The notes below the pieces were generated by a model. That model worked only from the letters and a program-made list of their open reading frames with translations. It did not search any database and had not been told where the DNA came from. From positions 78,864,001 through 78,928,000 of the forward strand of contig OX597825.1 of NCBI GenBank assembly GCA_951406725.2: a stretch of DNA of 64,000 nucleotides. Reading direction: 5' to 3'. Shown here in pieces: positions 25,573-40,924 of this stretch. The position numbers were made by a program, and so were the translations under genes. The DNA comes from Octopus vulgaris. Its lineage: Eukaryota. Position 1 is the stretch's first letter; the number at the start of each line of letters is the position of its first letter.

Positions 25573-28372
25573 GTGGCCATGCTGGGGCACCATCTTGAAA
25601 GGTTTACTCCAGTGGTCCTCATGCAGGCATGGATGTATGGTTAAAGTGTCACTTCACAAGCATGAGGTTTTGGGTTCCGTTTCACTGCATAGTTCTTTGG
25701 GCATGTTTCTTCTATTACAGCCCCTAAAGCCTTGTAAGTGGATTTGGTTGTTGGAAACTAAAAAAAATAATAAATAATTGGCATTAGGAAGGGCATCCAG
25801 CTGTAGAAACTCTGCCAGATCAAGATTGGAGTCTGGTGCAGCCATCTGGTTCGCCAGACCTCAGTCAAATCGTCCAACCCATGCTAGCATGGAAAGCGGA
25901 TGTTAAACGATGATGATGATGATGAAATGGTGTGTGTGTGTGTGTGTTTCCTTCTTGTCTCCATATGAGTTTCACTTGACAGTTGTCACCAGTGGCTTCA
26001 TTAAGTGTCAGCTGCTGGCAGTCTCCACTACAAAAGCACATCCAGGGTTTCTTGACATATTGCACAATCTTTGTAAACAAAAGGCTTGTCTCAGTGTCAT
26101 TTGTTTCCACTTTTCCACATAACCATGTCCAGGCTGTTTGTTGTTTGTTAGACTGGGAGATTTACTATATCACTGGGAAGCAGGTGGGTGCTGGTGACAG
26201 GAAAGGAATCTGTTATTAGAAAACTTTGCACTAACATACACTCGTCTGACCCACGCAAGTATGGGGGGAAAATAGACATTAAAACAATGCTGAAAGTAAG
26301 GTGATTGGGTACTTGAATGTCACGAGGAACTTGTTGTTTGCCACACTGATACATACATACATTTATGGCTGCCCCCTCTTTATCGAGTATGGCCATTGCA
26401 CGAAGCTTAACTGTTACTGGTGCAGTGATCGAATGTGACTTTTTAGCCCAGCCAAAGATCTACAATATCTTGTACAAAATTGGCAATTATACATACATAC
26501 ATACATACATACATACAAGCATAAATAGCACACACACATGCACACACCTATAATTTCACATGATGGGCTTCCTCATGCTTGCATCTGCCAAATTTCATTC
26601 ACAGCATATTAACTGACTCAGACCCAAATTTATGGAAGAAAATATTTGGCAAAGGTGCTGCACACTGACATCAAACTTCGTACCATACAATTGCACAAGC
26701 AACATCTTAACCACTTGGCTATTCTTGTGCCCAGTTAGGTGTAGAGCTGGTACTCCCTCAGTTATGATGACAAGGGTTCCAGTTGATCGGATCCCTGGAT
26801 CTGCCTACTTGTGAAATTAACATGCAAGTGGCTGAATACACCACAGACACACGTGCCTATTTCTTTACTACTCACAAGGGGCTAAACACAGAGAGGACAA
26901 ACGGATTAAGTCGATTATATCGACCACAGTGCGTAATTGGTAATTAATTTATCGACCCTGAAAGGATGAAAGGCAAAGTCAACCTCGGCGGAATTTGAAC
27001 TCAGAACGTAGCGGCAGACGAAATACCGCTAAGCATTTTGGCTGGCGTGCTAACATTTCTGCCAGCTCACCGCCACAGACACACATACCCTTAATGTATT
27101 TCTCAGGGGTATTCAACATGACACAGAATACTGGCCCTTTGAAATACAGGTACAACTCACTTTTGCTGGCTGAGTGGGATGAAGTAATGTAAAATAAAAT
27201 GTCTTGCTTAAGGACACAACATGGATTATGTGTAGAACAAATCATTAGAGTTAATGATTGCACTCCCTTCGTTACAGGAATATTTTTAATTAAATAAAAT
27301 TATACTTTTGGTTCTGTCAACATTAAGTTAACCCACATTCGACATGTTGCGAACCTACATTTGACAAGATGTTGGCCCAGGGAAATATTTAAGGGAAGCA
27401 TTTAGGGCTGGGTGCTCTTCTTATCAATGACCTTTACCTGTTTTAAATAGGGGATTTTTTTTTATTCCAAGGGTCTTAGAAAGTGCAGAGTGGCTGGTCA
27501 TAATGTCAACATGGACTGTGAAAATCATCACCAATTAGCTTTAAACTGGCAACAAGCAGGAAACATCATTCGTATATTGCTGTGTGTGTGTGGGTTTCCT
27601 TCAGTTTCCCCCTCCAAATTCTTTCACAAGGCATTGCTTGATTCCGGGGACTAGAGTGTTGACAAACACCAAATGTATCATCAGTTAACATCCGTTGTCC
27701 ATGCTGGCATGGGTTGGACGGTTTGACCAGAGCTGGCAAGCTGGTATGTGAGTGTGTGTGTGTGTGTGTGTATTCACTTATTCTTTTATTAATGTTCAGT
27801 CAATTGTTTCTTGCTTTGAGTAACAATACAGGACAAAGAAGAAATGGAATTCTACACCTCACTTATTGGTTTTTATGCCATTGTTTCATTCTCATATGAA
27901 TCTTTTGTTATGTATAAATCTATTTTCCTTTCAAAAGGTTTTACTTACAGCTGTTAATGGTTCAACTACTTCATTTTTTTTTTTTTAATCCTGTTTTCTC
28001 TCAAATTTCCAAGTCGTTTTGCCAACCTTTATATTAAATAAGTCTTAACCTGCTTCCTGTGTTGTTGTCAACACCATCTGGTGGTATCAGTGTAATGCAA
28101 TATTGGCTATGAAATGCTGACTTTGTTTTATGTTTTGACAACCTCTTGCCTTCTCTTTGCACTTGTTTACAAGATCAATGCTGAAATGTTGTCTTTTCTG
28201 TTAACACGACCATACTTAGTCAGCTTTAATGACATTCTAACGATTTTTTGTGTTAATGATTAAATGTCATATTTCTTGATGACAGTCTCTCTCTCTCTTA
28301 ACTATTTATCATTATTATTATTATTATTATTATTATAATTATAATTATAATTATTATTATTATTATTATGAT

Positions 28373-28824
28373 TAAGGTGGTGTGCTGACAGAATCATTAG
28401 CACGCTGGACAAGATGCTCAGCGGTGTTTCAGTTGTCACTATGTTCTGAGTTGAAATTCCGCCGAGGTTGACTTTGCCTTTTATCTTTTCGGGGTCAATA
28501 AATTAAGTAGCAGTAAAACACTGGGGGTCAATATAATCAGCTAGTCCCATTCCCATTCCCACCCCCCCCCAAAAAAAATTTCAGGCCTTGTGCTTTCAAT
28601 AGAAAGGATTATTATTGAAGATGGTGAGGTGGCAGAATCTTTTGCACACCGGGCGAAGTGCTTAGTGGTGTTTCGTCCATCTTTATGTTCTGAGTTGAAA
28701 TTCCGCTGAGGTTGACTTTGCCTTTCATCCTTTCGGGGTCAGTAAATTAAGTACCAGTGAAACACTGGGGTCAATGTAATTGACTGCTCCCCTTCCCCAA
28801 AATTTCAGGCCTTTAGTAGGAAGG

Positions 28825-28856
<32 letters not shown>

Positions 28857-29070
28857 AGCAGCATGTTTGCAGAATCATTAGCAGACCAAGCAAAATGCTC
28901 AGCGGCATTTCATCCATCTTTACATTCTGAGTTCAAATTCTGCTGCTGTCAACTTCGCCTTTCATCCTTTCTGGGTCAATAAAATAAGTACCAGTTATGC
29001 ACTGGGGTCGATGTGATTGACTTGATCCCTCCCCCAAAATTGCTGACCTTGTTCCCAGATTTGAAACCAA
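28373..29070 (+). mobile_element. Head-to-tail array of three SINE B copies separated by (ATT)n
   Basis: Repeated unit ggcagaatc.ttagc...gttctgagtt.aaattc.gc.gagg..gactttgcctttcatcctttcggggtc.ataaa.taagtaccag...ggccttgtgc. Confidence 0.85.
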
Positions 29071-29756
29071 TATTTACAATGAGCTGTGATGTGTAAAAAT
29101 ATATCTGGGCTTTAGTAGCATTTAAGTACAGAATGTGAGAAGACCCCAGCTAAATATTTTATTGGACACTTTCACAATTCTGTGAATCCACTGCGAATAC
29201 TACTAAGACCAACATTGCAGAAACTGTTTAGGAACTGCTACCTGGGGCCTCCTGGCCATATTTGGCCAGAGACAGACAGCAGTGGAGGGGGTCTAGGAGA
29301 GGTTCCTCCTTTAGGAGTAATGAATCCCTGAATGTTGGATTTACCATAAATAGGATCTTCCAACTTATGAAGGCCATGGAAAAGTCTAACAACAAAAATA
29401 TTCTGTACTTCTTCCCTTTTTTTCATTTCAGCTTTTTTTTTTCCTGACACTTTCTACACACACACACATATCTATATAATATATATCATCATCATCGTTT
29501 AATGCTAGCATGGGTTGGACGATTTGACTGAGGTCTGGCAAACCAGATGGCTCCACCAGGCTCCAATCTGATCTGGCCGAGTTTCTACAGCTGGATGCCC
29601 TTCCTAACGCCAATCACTCCGAGAGTGTAGTGGGTGCTTTTACAAGCCACCGGCACAAGGGCCAGTCAAGCGGTACTTGCAACGGCCACGCTCAAATGGT
29701 GCTTTTTATGTGCCACCTGCACAGGAGCCAGTCCAGCGGCACAAGTGCTAGTAAGG

Positions 29757-29823
<67 letters not shown>

Positions 29824-30608
29824 TACAATGAATACTCTGTAAACCCAGTACAGCCAAATGGTTTAGAATTTTGCTTTGCAACCTTGAGGTCCCTGGTTTA
29901 TTCTCACATTTTTTGGTAATCTCTGCACAAGGGAATTGAGTAAACAGAACCTAGTTAAGCCCATATATTTCAAAAAGTACAGCTTTTTTCACATACTTTA
30001 TGCCATGCTGATTCTACTTGAGAATTTACACTAAGGCTACACATGTCTGTGGAATACTCGGTCACTTACACATTACTTTAGGAGCAGGTAATTCAGGTGA
30101 TTGGACAGTTGAATAGACATTGGTCAAAACCACCACGACCCTTTCCATGATCACAACCACCCTCACCACTACCATATCTCTTTCCTTATCTGTCAAGGCT
30201 TACCAGGATTTTCACAGGCTAATAAATAAGCGATGACATTTGTCTCAGCTTGTTGATCACTTTCTCTAGTGTCCTTATTACTTGATGTAGGTCTAGTGCT
30301 TTCCTTTCCTTTTGTTTTTTCTTTTTTCTTAAAAGTGCTTCAACCACCCTATTTCTGACTCCAATGTTGTAACCCCCCATTATTTCTCTCTTTTTGATAG
30401 CAACCTGCCTAAGATTGCCTCTGATTCTATTATACGACCTTCCTGATTTAAAATGACCTAAATTAAAACCTTTTTGTCAAAAACATTCTGAAGCATTTAG
30501 CTGTACCGGGTTTACATAGCATTCATCATATATAAAACAAAAACGTTACAAACACACAAAAAAGTTAAAATGGAAAAAAAAGAAGGGAGGAAATGTAAAA
30601 TTTACTGA

Positions 30609-30710
30609 AATAATTAAATGAAACACAGATACCTGTACAAGAGTGTGAAGTAGTACAGATGATCAGTGTCCACAAAATCAATGTTATACCTGTGTATTCG
30701 TGTGTGCGTG

Positions 30711-30748
<38 letters not shown>

Positions 30749-30848
30749 CATGCACACATGAGTAGACAGGTATAACATTGATTTTGTGGACACTGATCAT
30801 CTGCACCACTTCACACTATTGCAGGTACCTGTGTTTTGTTTAATTATT
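30609..30848. repeat. Imperfect palindrome of about 240 bp centred on (TA)n
   Basis: cagatgatcagtgtccacaaaatcaatgttatacctgt / acaggtataacattgattttgtggacactgatcatctg form a perfect core, with imperfect extensions inward and outward. Confidence 0.85.
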
Positions 30849-30959
30849 ATATATATATATATATCATTATATACATCATCATCATCATCATCATCGTTTA
30901 ATGTCCACTTTCCATGCTAGCATGGGTTGGACAGTTTGACTGTGGGCTCCAGTCTTGAG

Positions 30960-31020
<61 letters not shown>

Positions 31021-31192
31021 CACTTTCATATTCGCACACATATAGATGTGTCTTTGTTTTTGACTTGTTTTACTCATTGGACTGCAGCCCATGCTACAAA
31101 CACTTCCTCATTCTGTCTCTTTCTGCAATAAATGTTACATTCTCTCTTTTTTCTCTCTCTCCATTGTAGAATATTCTTTCTGGAGACTTAAC

Positions 31193-31457
31193 ATGCCAGT
31201 TGGAGACCATGGCCACTCAAGCAATTCTATACTGGATTCCTTTGTGACACCCAAACTATTCCACAGTTTAAAATTCCCCTCTGTGCGAATGACGCGCTCA
31301 AATTCAACCTTAAGCCGAGAGGAATCTTGTGAAAAGGTCGGACTGCTGAACTTAAGAGCCTTCATCTTCCTTTTACTATGGTATTTTTTCAGTTTTTGCA
31401 CTTTGTTTCTCAACAAGTACATTCTCTCAACGTTAAGCGGCGACCCCACCTTGTTAG
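31193..31457 (+). CDS. SLC35E2: SLC35E2-like transporter, coding exon 1 (exon begins at acceptor 31170; first in-exon ATG 31193)
   Basis: Polypyrimidine tract plus ccattgtAG at 31168-31169; donor G|GTGAGT at 31458. Encodes ...AFIFLLLWYFFSFCTLFLNKYILS..GDPTLLG, the TM1 signature of the SLC35E/TPT family. 265 nt, ends in phase 1. The start codon is tentative because the frame is open back to the acceptor. Confidence 0.9.
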
Positions 31458-33754
31458 GTGAGTTAAATTCATTTTTTATTTTATTTCCGTTTTCCTTTTA
31501 TCTTTTGTTTGTTTTGATCATTTGGCTGTGGCTGGACCGGGGCACCATCTTGAAGGGTTTTGGTTGAACAAATTGACCCCAGAACTTATGCTGTTTTTCA
31601 TATCCACAGTGTGACAAGGCTGGCCTTTTGAAATACAGGTACAATTCATTTTCGCCAGCTGAGTGGACTGGAGCAATGTGAAATAAAGTGTCTTGCTCAA
31701 GGACACAACGCACCGCCAGGAATTGAACTCACGACCTTACGCTCATGAGCCGAATGCCCCTAACCACTAAGCCACGCACCTTCACTAAATCATACACACC
31801 AGCTAACTCACTCACTCACTCACTCCGATTTGTTCTCATTCCTTCAAGGTCTAAAAACTATTTACAAAGCTGTTGTTATTTTAAAAAGGGTGTGGACACT
31901 TAACGAAAACTTTTCTTCTTTTCCTTTCAGGCAATTTTTTTCTTTTCTTTTCTTGTTGGTTTGCAAAATCAATCTGCATTCGAGACTTCAGCTTTGCTAT
32001 CAAACTGAGCCGTTTATGTTTTGACTGAGAGTCATGTCCACATGACTCGAGTCAAAGTCAATAAAAATATTTTGGGTTTTTTTTTTTCTTTTTTTTCCAT
32101 TGTTTTGAAAATGAACTCGGAACCATAAAAGTATTGAGACTTTTTTCCTCTTTCCTACCCAAACAAAAAGAGAGATCATTGTGCAATTAGTGCAATCACA
32201 CATTTTGTATATGCACCATATGTGCACCACATGTCGCTTGTTACGCTGAAACAACTTAAACGGCCACAGCTGCTGCTGTTGCTACTACTACTACTACTAT
32301 TACTACTACTACTGTTACATGTATGTATTGAGTATGTGTATAAATGGTTACTGCTGCTGCTGCTACTACTACCACGTCCACCATTGTCACATGCGTGTGT
32401 GTGTGTGTGTCTGAATTGTGTTAGAAATCATCATCATTGTTACATGAACTGGCAAAATTGTCAGGGTCAGGCAAAACACTGTGCCGAGTTCAAATCCTGC
32501 CGAAGTCAGCTTTGCTTTTTATCCCTCCAGGGTCAATAAAATAAAGTACCAGTCAAGTGCTGCAGTAGGTTTCCCCCTTTCGTTACCAGATCTCGATTGT
32601 TGTAATACTCTTTGCTTCACTTGTTTTCTTAAAAATAATGAATTTAGTAAAATAAGTTTGTCATTATTAAGCTGGTGTTTGAAACCTAAATTAAAAAACA
32701 GAGGTCACTATAAAACGGAGGGCGGGGGGTCATAGAGTAAAGAGTGGTCTTAGATAAATTGCTGTCAAAAGGGTTAATCATCTAACCCCTTTTTCATTAA
32801 ATTTGTGACTCTGGGCCTATGTTAGACACAACAGATATGAAACTAAGGTACTGAGCCATGGATGGCATAGTCAACAGATCAAACTTTATTGCAGGTAATG
32901 TATAAGTGTTGTTTATTGAGAATAAATAGCATTTATTGAGATATATATACCTGTCTGATAAATTTATGTCTCACTTGTTTGACGAAGATAAAGTTTCATT
33001 TACATTTAATAGTTCAGCAATTAGGAGTTGGGAAATGCAACTCTCTTAAAAAGAAAGAAACAAATGAAAAATAAAACCTGACCAAAATCAATTTCCTCTC
33101 CCAACCGAGACCCATCCCACTTTATAATAATGGTGGATGTAACCTAGTTTCTAGAGAAGTGTTTACTATGAAAAAGGTGGGTGAAAATGGTTATGAGGTC
33201 TTAATAAGTTGGTTAACTGTAACATGGGGCAGGCCCTTTTTGTATCCAAGGGCAGAATCTCAAAGCCAGAGCCCTTGCCTTTCTCACCATGGTTGATAGA
33301 GATAAGGACGGGGTTTTGTTTTGAGGTCAGCTATATTTATCATTCTCCACCCAGTTGTGCTGACCTGTTTGTGGCTGTTTGGTGTTGTTGTGTGAATGCG
33401 CGTGACTTGGTAGTTAAGGTGTTGCTCTCATGGTGTCACAAGATCACTGTTGTGTGTTGTGTTTGGGAGTGAAAGCACTTCATTCCACATTGCTGCAAAT
33501 GAATCAACTTCCGACTGGCTGTCGTCCCATTCAGCAGAGGTGTTGGGGTGATTTCATCACTTCCACACTATGGGAATCAGATAACTGGCCCCATGAGGCC
33601 TAGGACTCGAGACAGTCATGTGTAGGGGGTTTTTTAAATTTTTAAAAAAAAAATTTTTTTTTTTTTTTTCATAGTTGTTGTAAGAGGTTATTAGGTTTCT
33701 TCACATTCTGAAATCAAATCTCATTTGAAATACAGTCTGAATTTAAAAGTACAT

Positions 33755-34145
33755 TTTATCTTTTACTTGTTTCAGTTATGAGACTGTGGCCATGCTGAGG
33801 CACCACCTTTGGGAAATTATAGTCAATTAAATCGACAACCTAGTTTAAAAAAAAAAATTTTTTAATCTATATCTTTTTAAAGCCTGGTCACTTTTGCCAA
33901 TCCACCAAGTTATGGGGTCATAAACACCAGCATCATTTGTCAAGCAGTGGTGAGGGACAAACAGACGCATGCACACACACACAATATGAGCTTCTTTCAG
34001 TTTCCATCTACCAGATCCACTCACAAGGCTTTGGTTGGCTCAGGGGTTATAGAAGACACTTGTTGAAGGTGCTGTGCAATGGGATTGAACCCAAAACCAT
34101 GTAGTTAAGAAGCAAGCTTTTTGCCACACTGCCACCCCTGTGCCT
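33755..34145 (-). mobile_element. SINE A, diverged
   Basis: ttttacttgtttcag...ggccatgctg...ccactcacaaggctttgg...gaagacacttg. Confidence 0.75.
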
Positions 34146-34198
34146 TGGAAAAGTAAAATGAAGAAAATAAAAGATTGTTAAATTCTTCTCCTCTCCTA

Positions 34199-34230
<32 letters not shown>

Positions 34231-35949
34231 CACCCTATGTTGGTTTCAAATTTTTGCACAAGGCCAGCAATTTCAGTAGAGGGGTTAAGTCGATTACATC
34301 AACCCCCAGTGCTCAGCTGGTACTTATTTCATCAACCCTGAAGGGATGAAAAGTAAAGTCGACCGTGGCAGAATTTGAACTTAGAACGTACAAATGCCTG
34401 AAATGCTGCTAAGCATTTTTCCTGGCATGCAACCGATTGGGCCCCAGGTCCCAACTCTATATACTTACGTATTGCCTTAACTCTTGATGAGGTTGCAGAA
34501 GCATTGTTGCAGTGTATGACATGTCATGGGCATTTTTTAAAAAATCCTGCTGGGACCCATCTCTCTTCAGATCTGAAAACAGCTGATTTCTTTCAGAGAG
34601 GCGACAGGAGTGGGGTGGGGTGAGGGTGAGTATTGATCCTAGTATTGGACTGGTACTTGATTAACACACTGAAAGGAGGAAAGGCTCAGCTAACGTTGAC
34701 ACAATTTGAACTCAAGTGTGCAGACAACTGGAGTGAATACTGCATTTCCATTTATCTCATGTGCTAACAACTCGGTTGACTTCACACCTACATATTTTAT
34801 CTTCGTCATCGTTTTAACCTCCACTTTTCCTTGTTCACATGTGCCAGTCTAATTGAGACAGATTTTTCTATCGCTGGATGCCAATTCCTATCACCAACCC
34901 GCACCTATATTCCGAGCAAGGTAATATTTCCCCCATGGCTGGCCAGACATTTTGCAAAATACTGGAAATGAATGCCATTGCTTGTATGATAGGGACCCAC
35001 ATTTACATCTAGCATGCAATGGCAAGACAAGGAGAGACATACACACAACACATCTGTACATGTACAGGAAGTCTGGTGCAGGCATTGGCCTGGCCAGCTC
35101 TTGTGGTACCATCCAACCCAAGCTAGCATGGAACACGGACATTAAATAATGATGATATTTTTGTGTCTATATCATCATCATCATCATCATCATCATTTAA
35201 CGTCCGCTTTCCATGCTAGCATGGGTTGGACGGTTCAACTGGGGTCTGGGGAGCCCGAAAGCTGCACCAGTCCAGTCAGATCTGGCAGTGTTTCTACAGC
35301 TGGATGCCCTTCCTAACGCCAACCACTCCGAGAGTGTAGTGGGTGATTTTATGTGCCACCGACACAGGTGCCAGACGAGGCTGGCAAACGGCCACGCTCG
35401 GATGGTGTTTTTTTATGTGCCACCGACACAGGTGCCAGACGAGGCTGGCAGACGGCCACGCTCGGATGGTGTTTTTATGTGCCACCGACACAGGTGCCAG
35501 ATGAGGCTGGCAAACGGCCACGATCGGATGGTGCTTGTTACGTGCCCACAGCACGGAGGCGAGTCGATGCGGTACTGGCTACGGCCACGTTCGGATGGTT
35601 TTCTTGTGTGCCACGTGCCATGTGTATATATATATATATATATGAAATTTTATAATAAATGGAATATATATGGCTTGCCCATCATTTTGCCTGTTGAAAG
35701 TTTAGCACTAAAAACGATTTTCCTTTTTATATAAAGAAGAATTTGATTTTTCATTGTTTCTGAGATGTTAAGTATGAGTTGCCGTAGTGTCCTTACAGAT
35801 TGTGGTAAACATCTTCTTTTCCAGGATGAAGAGAGAGCAAACCATCGAATGTAAACTAATTATTAAAAAATTCCAATCGTTATGCTGTAGTTTATGAAAG
35901 CTGTTTTTAATTTCCAGTTACTCTTTTGTTCCTTTAAATTCATTTTCAG

Positions 35950-36085
35950 GGGCCATGCAGATGGTTATGACAACGGTGTTGGGTTTTGTACAGATTTATC
36001 TCCCTTGCGGCATGTATGTCCCCATACAGCGCGAAGGCAAACCGCCCAATTTCTGGAGGAACATGATAGTTGTTGGGATAATGAG
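35950..36085 (+). CDS. SLC35E2: SLC35E2-like transporter, coding exon 2
   Basis: ttttcAG acceptor, AG|GTAAG donor, 136 nt, phase 1 to 2. Translates (G)AMQMVMTTVLGFVQIYLPCGMYVPIQREGKPPNFWRNMIVVGIM(R). This frame is not shown in the ORF track. Confidence 0.93.
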
Positions 36086-36326
36086 GTAAGAAATGATGTA
36101 CTACTGAAATTATTATAATTATTGTTATTACTACTACTACTAAGGTGGTGAGCTGGTAGGATTGTTAGCATGCTGGACAAAGTGCTTAACAGTATTTTGT
36201 TCTGAGTTCAAATTCTGCCGAGGTTGACTTTGCTTTTCATCCTTTTGGGAAGTCACTGAAATAAGTACCAGTAACGCACTGGGATCGCCCCAAAATCTCA
36301 GGCCTTGTGCCTATAGAAAGGATTGT

Positions 36327-36530
36327 TATTACCTCCACCTTAGCGAAGGCAGAGGTATTGTTTTCAGTTGCATCTGTTTCTTTGTCTGTGGACAAGAAAT
36401 CTCAAGAACCGCTGGATGGATTTCGATGAAGCTTTCAGGGATGTTTGGCCTCATGACTAGCACAAACTGATCAGATTTTGGGATCAATCTGGTACTGGAC
36501 AAAGATTCCGGATTATTTGTTACTTTACTT
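36327..36530 (+). mobile_element. Helentron-associated (HINE/DINE-1-like) non-autonomous element fragment
   Basis: ttattacctcc.cctt.gcgaaggc.gaggta hairpin start, gtctgt, then atctcaagaacc.ctggatggattt..atgaa.ctttcag. This layout is what I recognise from HINE/DINE elements. Confidence 0.5.
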
Positions 36531-36925
36531 TATACATGAAGTATTACGATCTCTGATTATCTCCCTTGAGAGCACGCTCCTAGTTCCCACATAAATCATG
36601 GCAGAAGCATCCTGGACAAAGATGATGCCTAGTAGCATTTGATTCATGTTCTGAGTTCAAATTCCACTGAGCTCTTCTTTACCTTTCATCCTTTGGGGAT
36701 TGATGAAATAAATATTTGTTGACCACTGGGACCAATGTAACTGACTTACCACTCTGCCTAAAAATTCCAGGCCTTGTGCCTATAATAGAAAGGACTATTA
36801 TTATCATTTCCTGTCATAACTTTATTTCAACTGCTTTAGTACTGAGCATCTTCTGGAGGCCAAGAGTAGCAAGGGCACTTTTGTTTTGCTCTGCATGCTG
36901 AAATCATCACCACGTCTATTCCATA

Positions 36926-37066
36926 TTAGATGGAGAATGCTTTCTGTAGTATATGGGCTGTACCCATCAAGGTTATCTTTTGTAGTTCAAGGAGATTGGA
37001 ATTACCGGGCAGTTGCTTAATATACTTATCCGCTCCCTTCTTCACCATTCCCAACACACCAATTAT
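36926..37066 (-). mobile_element. 3' end of an RLE-type (R4/Dong/NeSL-like) non-LTR retrotransposon ORF
   Basis: IIGVLGMVKKGADKYIKQLPGNSNLLELQKITLMGTAHILQKAFSI-stop resembles the xxGALG...LQK..LLGTAxILRK.L terminus of RLE elements. Confidence 0.65.
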
Positions 37067-37792
37067 TATTATTATATCAGTAGTCATATTTTTATCATGT
37101 GCTTTCACTGCGTTACCAAGTGCAGCTCTGAGTGCCTTGGGTATGTGCTGTGGTTTCTTGTGGTGCTCTTATTTTCACTGTATTGTAAGTGTTACATAGG
37201 ATGTGTGCGGTGCCTAGTAGTGCTATTTTCTGTATGTTATATATATACTTGTTAGTCCTGGTGTTTTTTTATTATTAGTAGTAGTAGTAGTAGATTGGCA
37301 GATCTTTTATAATGCCAAGCACAATGTCTTTCAGTATTCAATTTCTACTGTTTTGAGCTTAAATCATGTCGACTTCAATTTTTCCATTCATCCTCACCAT
37401 GATAAAAGAAAGAGGAAAAAAGTACTCGTCAGGTTCCAGTATTGTTGAACCCTTCTGTTACTGTATTTCTAGTAAGATTATGCTATGTTCCTACATGTGT
37501 TAGTCTTTGGTTCATAAACACATGTGATAGTCTCTACTCAGTCACCCGATCTGCTAGAATTAGCAGCCAAATCCCCAAATCAAATTCTACCACCTTATGA
37601 AAGAAGGATGCATTGGGTGAGATAGTTTTAGGTATGTTTTCTGTAAATAAGATGAGATGGTCTTGGCTAGAATGTCTATGGACTGGGTCTGTTTGTTCAG
37701 GATTGGCATAGAGTTCAGCAATATGTTCCTATATGATTCTGTCTGTGTGTTGCTAATATTGCTTCTTATACAGTAATTTCCTCCCAGCCTAA

Positions 37793-38071
<279 letters not shown>

Positions 38072-39932
38072 TAAGTCCTTTCTTTTTCTCTTCCATGTTA
38101 TTATTTAAAAATTTTTTTGTCTTGTGTCAAAATTTGTGAACAATAGCATTGTTGGTTACAGGTTTCCAGTGAGCCAATCTCCAATTCAATACATTTCTGA
38201 AAAGGAGAATATGACAAGGGAGTCTTTGTAAGACAATACAGAACAATTATCACAAGGGGCTTTTGCTTGAAAAAAGCACTTGTTTTTCAGTTTTTCTTGT
38301 AAATGTTTACCTCTTTCATTTATAGGCATCAATAAAAGTACTCTGTATTCTGTGGTTCTTGAGAAATGATTCCAACAGACATAATTTGAATATATATAAA
38401 GCTGGGGTTCTGATAACCCTTGGGAGTGTTAAATGGCATTTCGGGGTATGCAACAAAAGTGTGAAAGTATATACTTTCTTGAAGTTATTTCTGAGAAGGA
38501 AATTATTAACTAATTCTAAGTAACTGTATTTTGTTGAGCAGCTTAAGCTCTTTATTATACTATATATGTAGATTTAAACCTTTAAGAGATTATAATCAAG
38601 GATTATCTCCTCCTTTCATCTGCAACAACATACTTGATGACCTTACTTGTTTTGGTTCCATGGAAAAACTCGCCCAGTACACCTGGGTGGGCATTATCAG
38701 ACTTAAGCAAAATAAGGACTGGGGTTGATTTGTTTGACTAAAACCCTCATGGCCCTGCCCAGCATGGGCGCAGTTCAATGATTGAAACTAATAAATGATT
38801 AAAGATGTGGGCCTCAGGAAGGGGTCAAGATGAGGAGGGAATAACATTGATGTTTATATTTACTTCTTCAGGAAAAGTCATTTGGAGGAGGTTTTCTCTT
38901 TCAATGATGAGGGGACCCCTTTGGTGCTCAGCCTGCTAGAAATAGCAGTAAGATATCCTTCAGATCAAACCCACCTCACTAAAAATGAAGGACATTATTG
39001 AGTAATGTTGTCCTAGATACATTGTGCTTGAAACCATAAGCTGGGGGTAGTCATGGTTGGCTTGCCTTTGATTGTAATGTTTTCAGTCAACAAAACTGTC
39101 GACCCAAATTAAGTTGTTTTATGACTTTATTTATTGCATATTCTCTCCTACACTACCAAACTCCATTCCTCCCTCCCCCCACAGCACAAACCTTCATTCC
39201 ACTGCCCCCACCCCACCCCCGACCCACATTGTCAAGTTTCAGTCCGCCCTTGCACATGACCAATCTTCACACACCCTCCTACATCACCAAACTTCACACC
39301 CCACCACTACCAAACATTATTCCCTCCCCCCAAGCTTGTTACACCAATCATTCCCTCTCTCTCTCTCTCTCTCCCTCCCTCCCTCGCCTCCCTCCCTCCC
39401 TCCAGCAGAACCTTCTTAACAGCTTTATAGGCCTATGAGCAAACCAATACATTGGGCCTTGTAGACCTTTTTTTCATTAACAGCAAGCTACAACATAGAT
39501 CTGAATTGGGCCTCTAGACCAGTGTGTCCTGCCTTAAGGTGGCCCTCTTCACCAGAGAATAAAACTATTTACATTTATTACAATGCAACTGTGTTGTTAT
39601 TTGATAGAATTGTTACAACAGCAGACACAAATGCCATCCAGTCTTTAGTTGTGGGCCTTTAGGCTCTCTAAGCCCAAATAATGCCAAAGCCAGATTCACT
39701 AGTTATCTCTTCCACACACTGTAAAAGAAATACCAGTCATATATTGACATTGGTGTAATCAACAGTTCTTGTCTTCTGATATTTCTGGCTTTCTGCCTTG
39801 TTAAGAAGTCTGCTCCACATGGTCACCATCAGTTATTGGCTATTCAGCCTGATTAATACATATTGATATTTATGTTTTTAATAATCAATAATTTTTGTTG
39901 CTTGTTTATATATATAATACACACACACACAC

Positions 39933-40135
39933 ATATTTGAAGAAAGATTTTCTTCAAAAGTTATTATTTGAAGAAGTCTTACATTAATCCATGCCATGTG
40001 TTTGGAAAATTGAACAATGGAAGCACACACAATATGAAAATTACATTCCAAAAAGTTCATGTTATTCTGTTTTCCAAAGGTTTTTTCAAAAAAAAAAATA
40101 GTTAATATCTTTTAAGAAAATCTTTCTTCAAATAT
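39933..40135. mobile_element. Small foldback/MITE-like element
   Basis: 22-bp perfect inverted repeat atatttgaagaaagattttctt / aagaaaatctttcttcaaatat, with further imperfect inner pairing. Confidence 0.55.
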
Positions 40136-40231
40136 TGCGACTATATCAAGTCCTTTTTGCAATATATATATATATATATATATGTCAAGAAAACAGAAAT
40201 AACTGTTTTTGTATATATGTATCTGTATATG

Positions 40232-40848
<617 letters not shown>

Positions 40849-40859
40849 TGTGTGTGCGC

Positions 40860-40924
<65 letters not shown>

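Noticed and set aside
35213-35734. 173-aa ORF with repeated MCHRHRCQ..LANGH.RMV units
   Set aside because: Antisense reading of the tandem units of about 58 bp in the RTE 3' UTR; the same sequence occurs in many copies.
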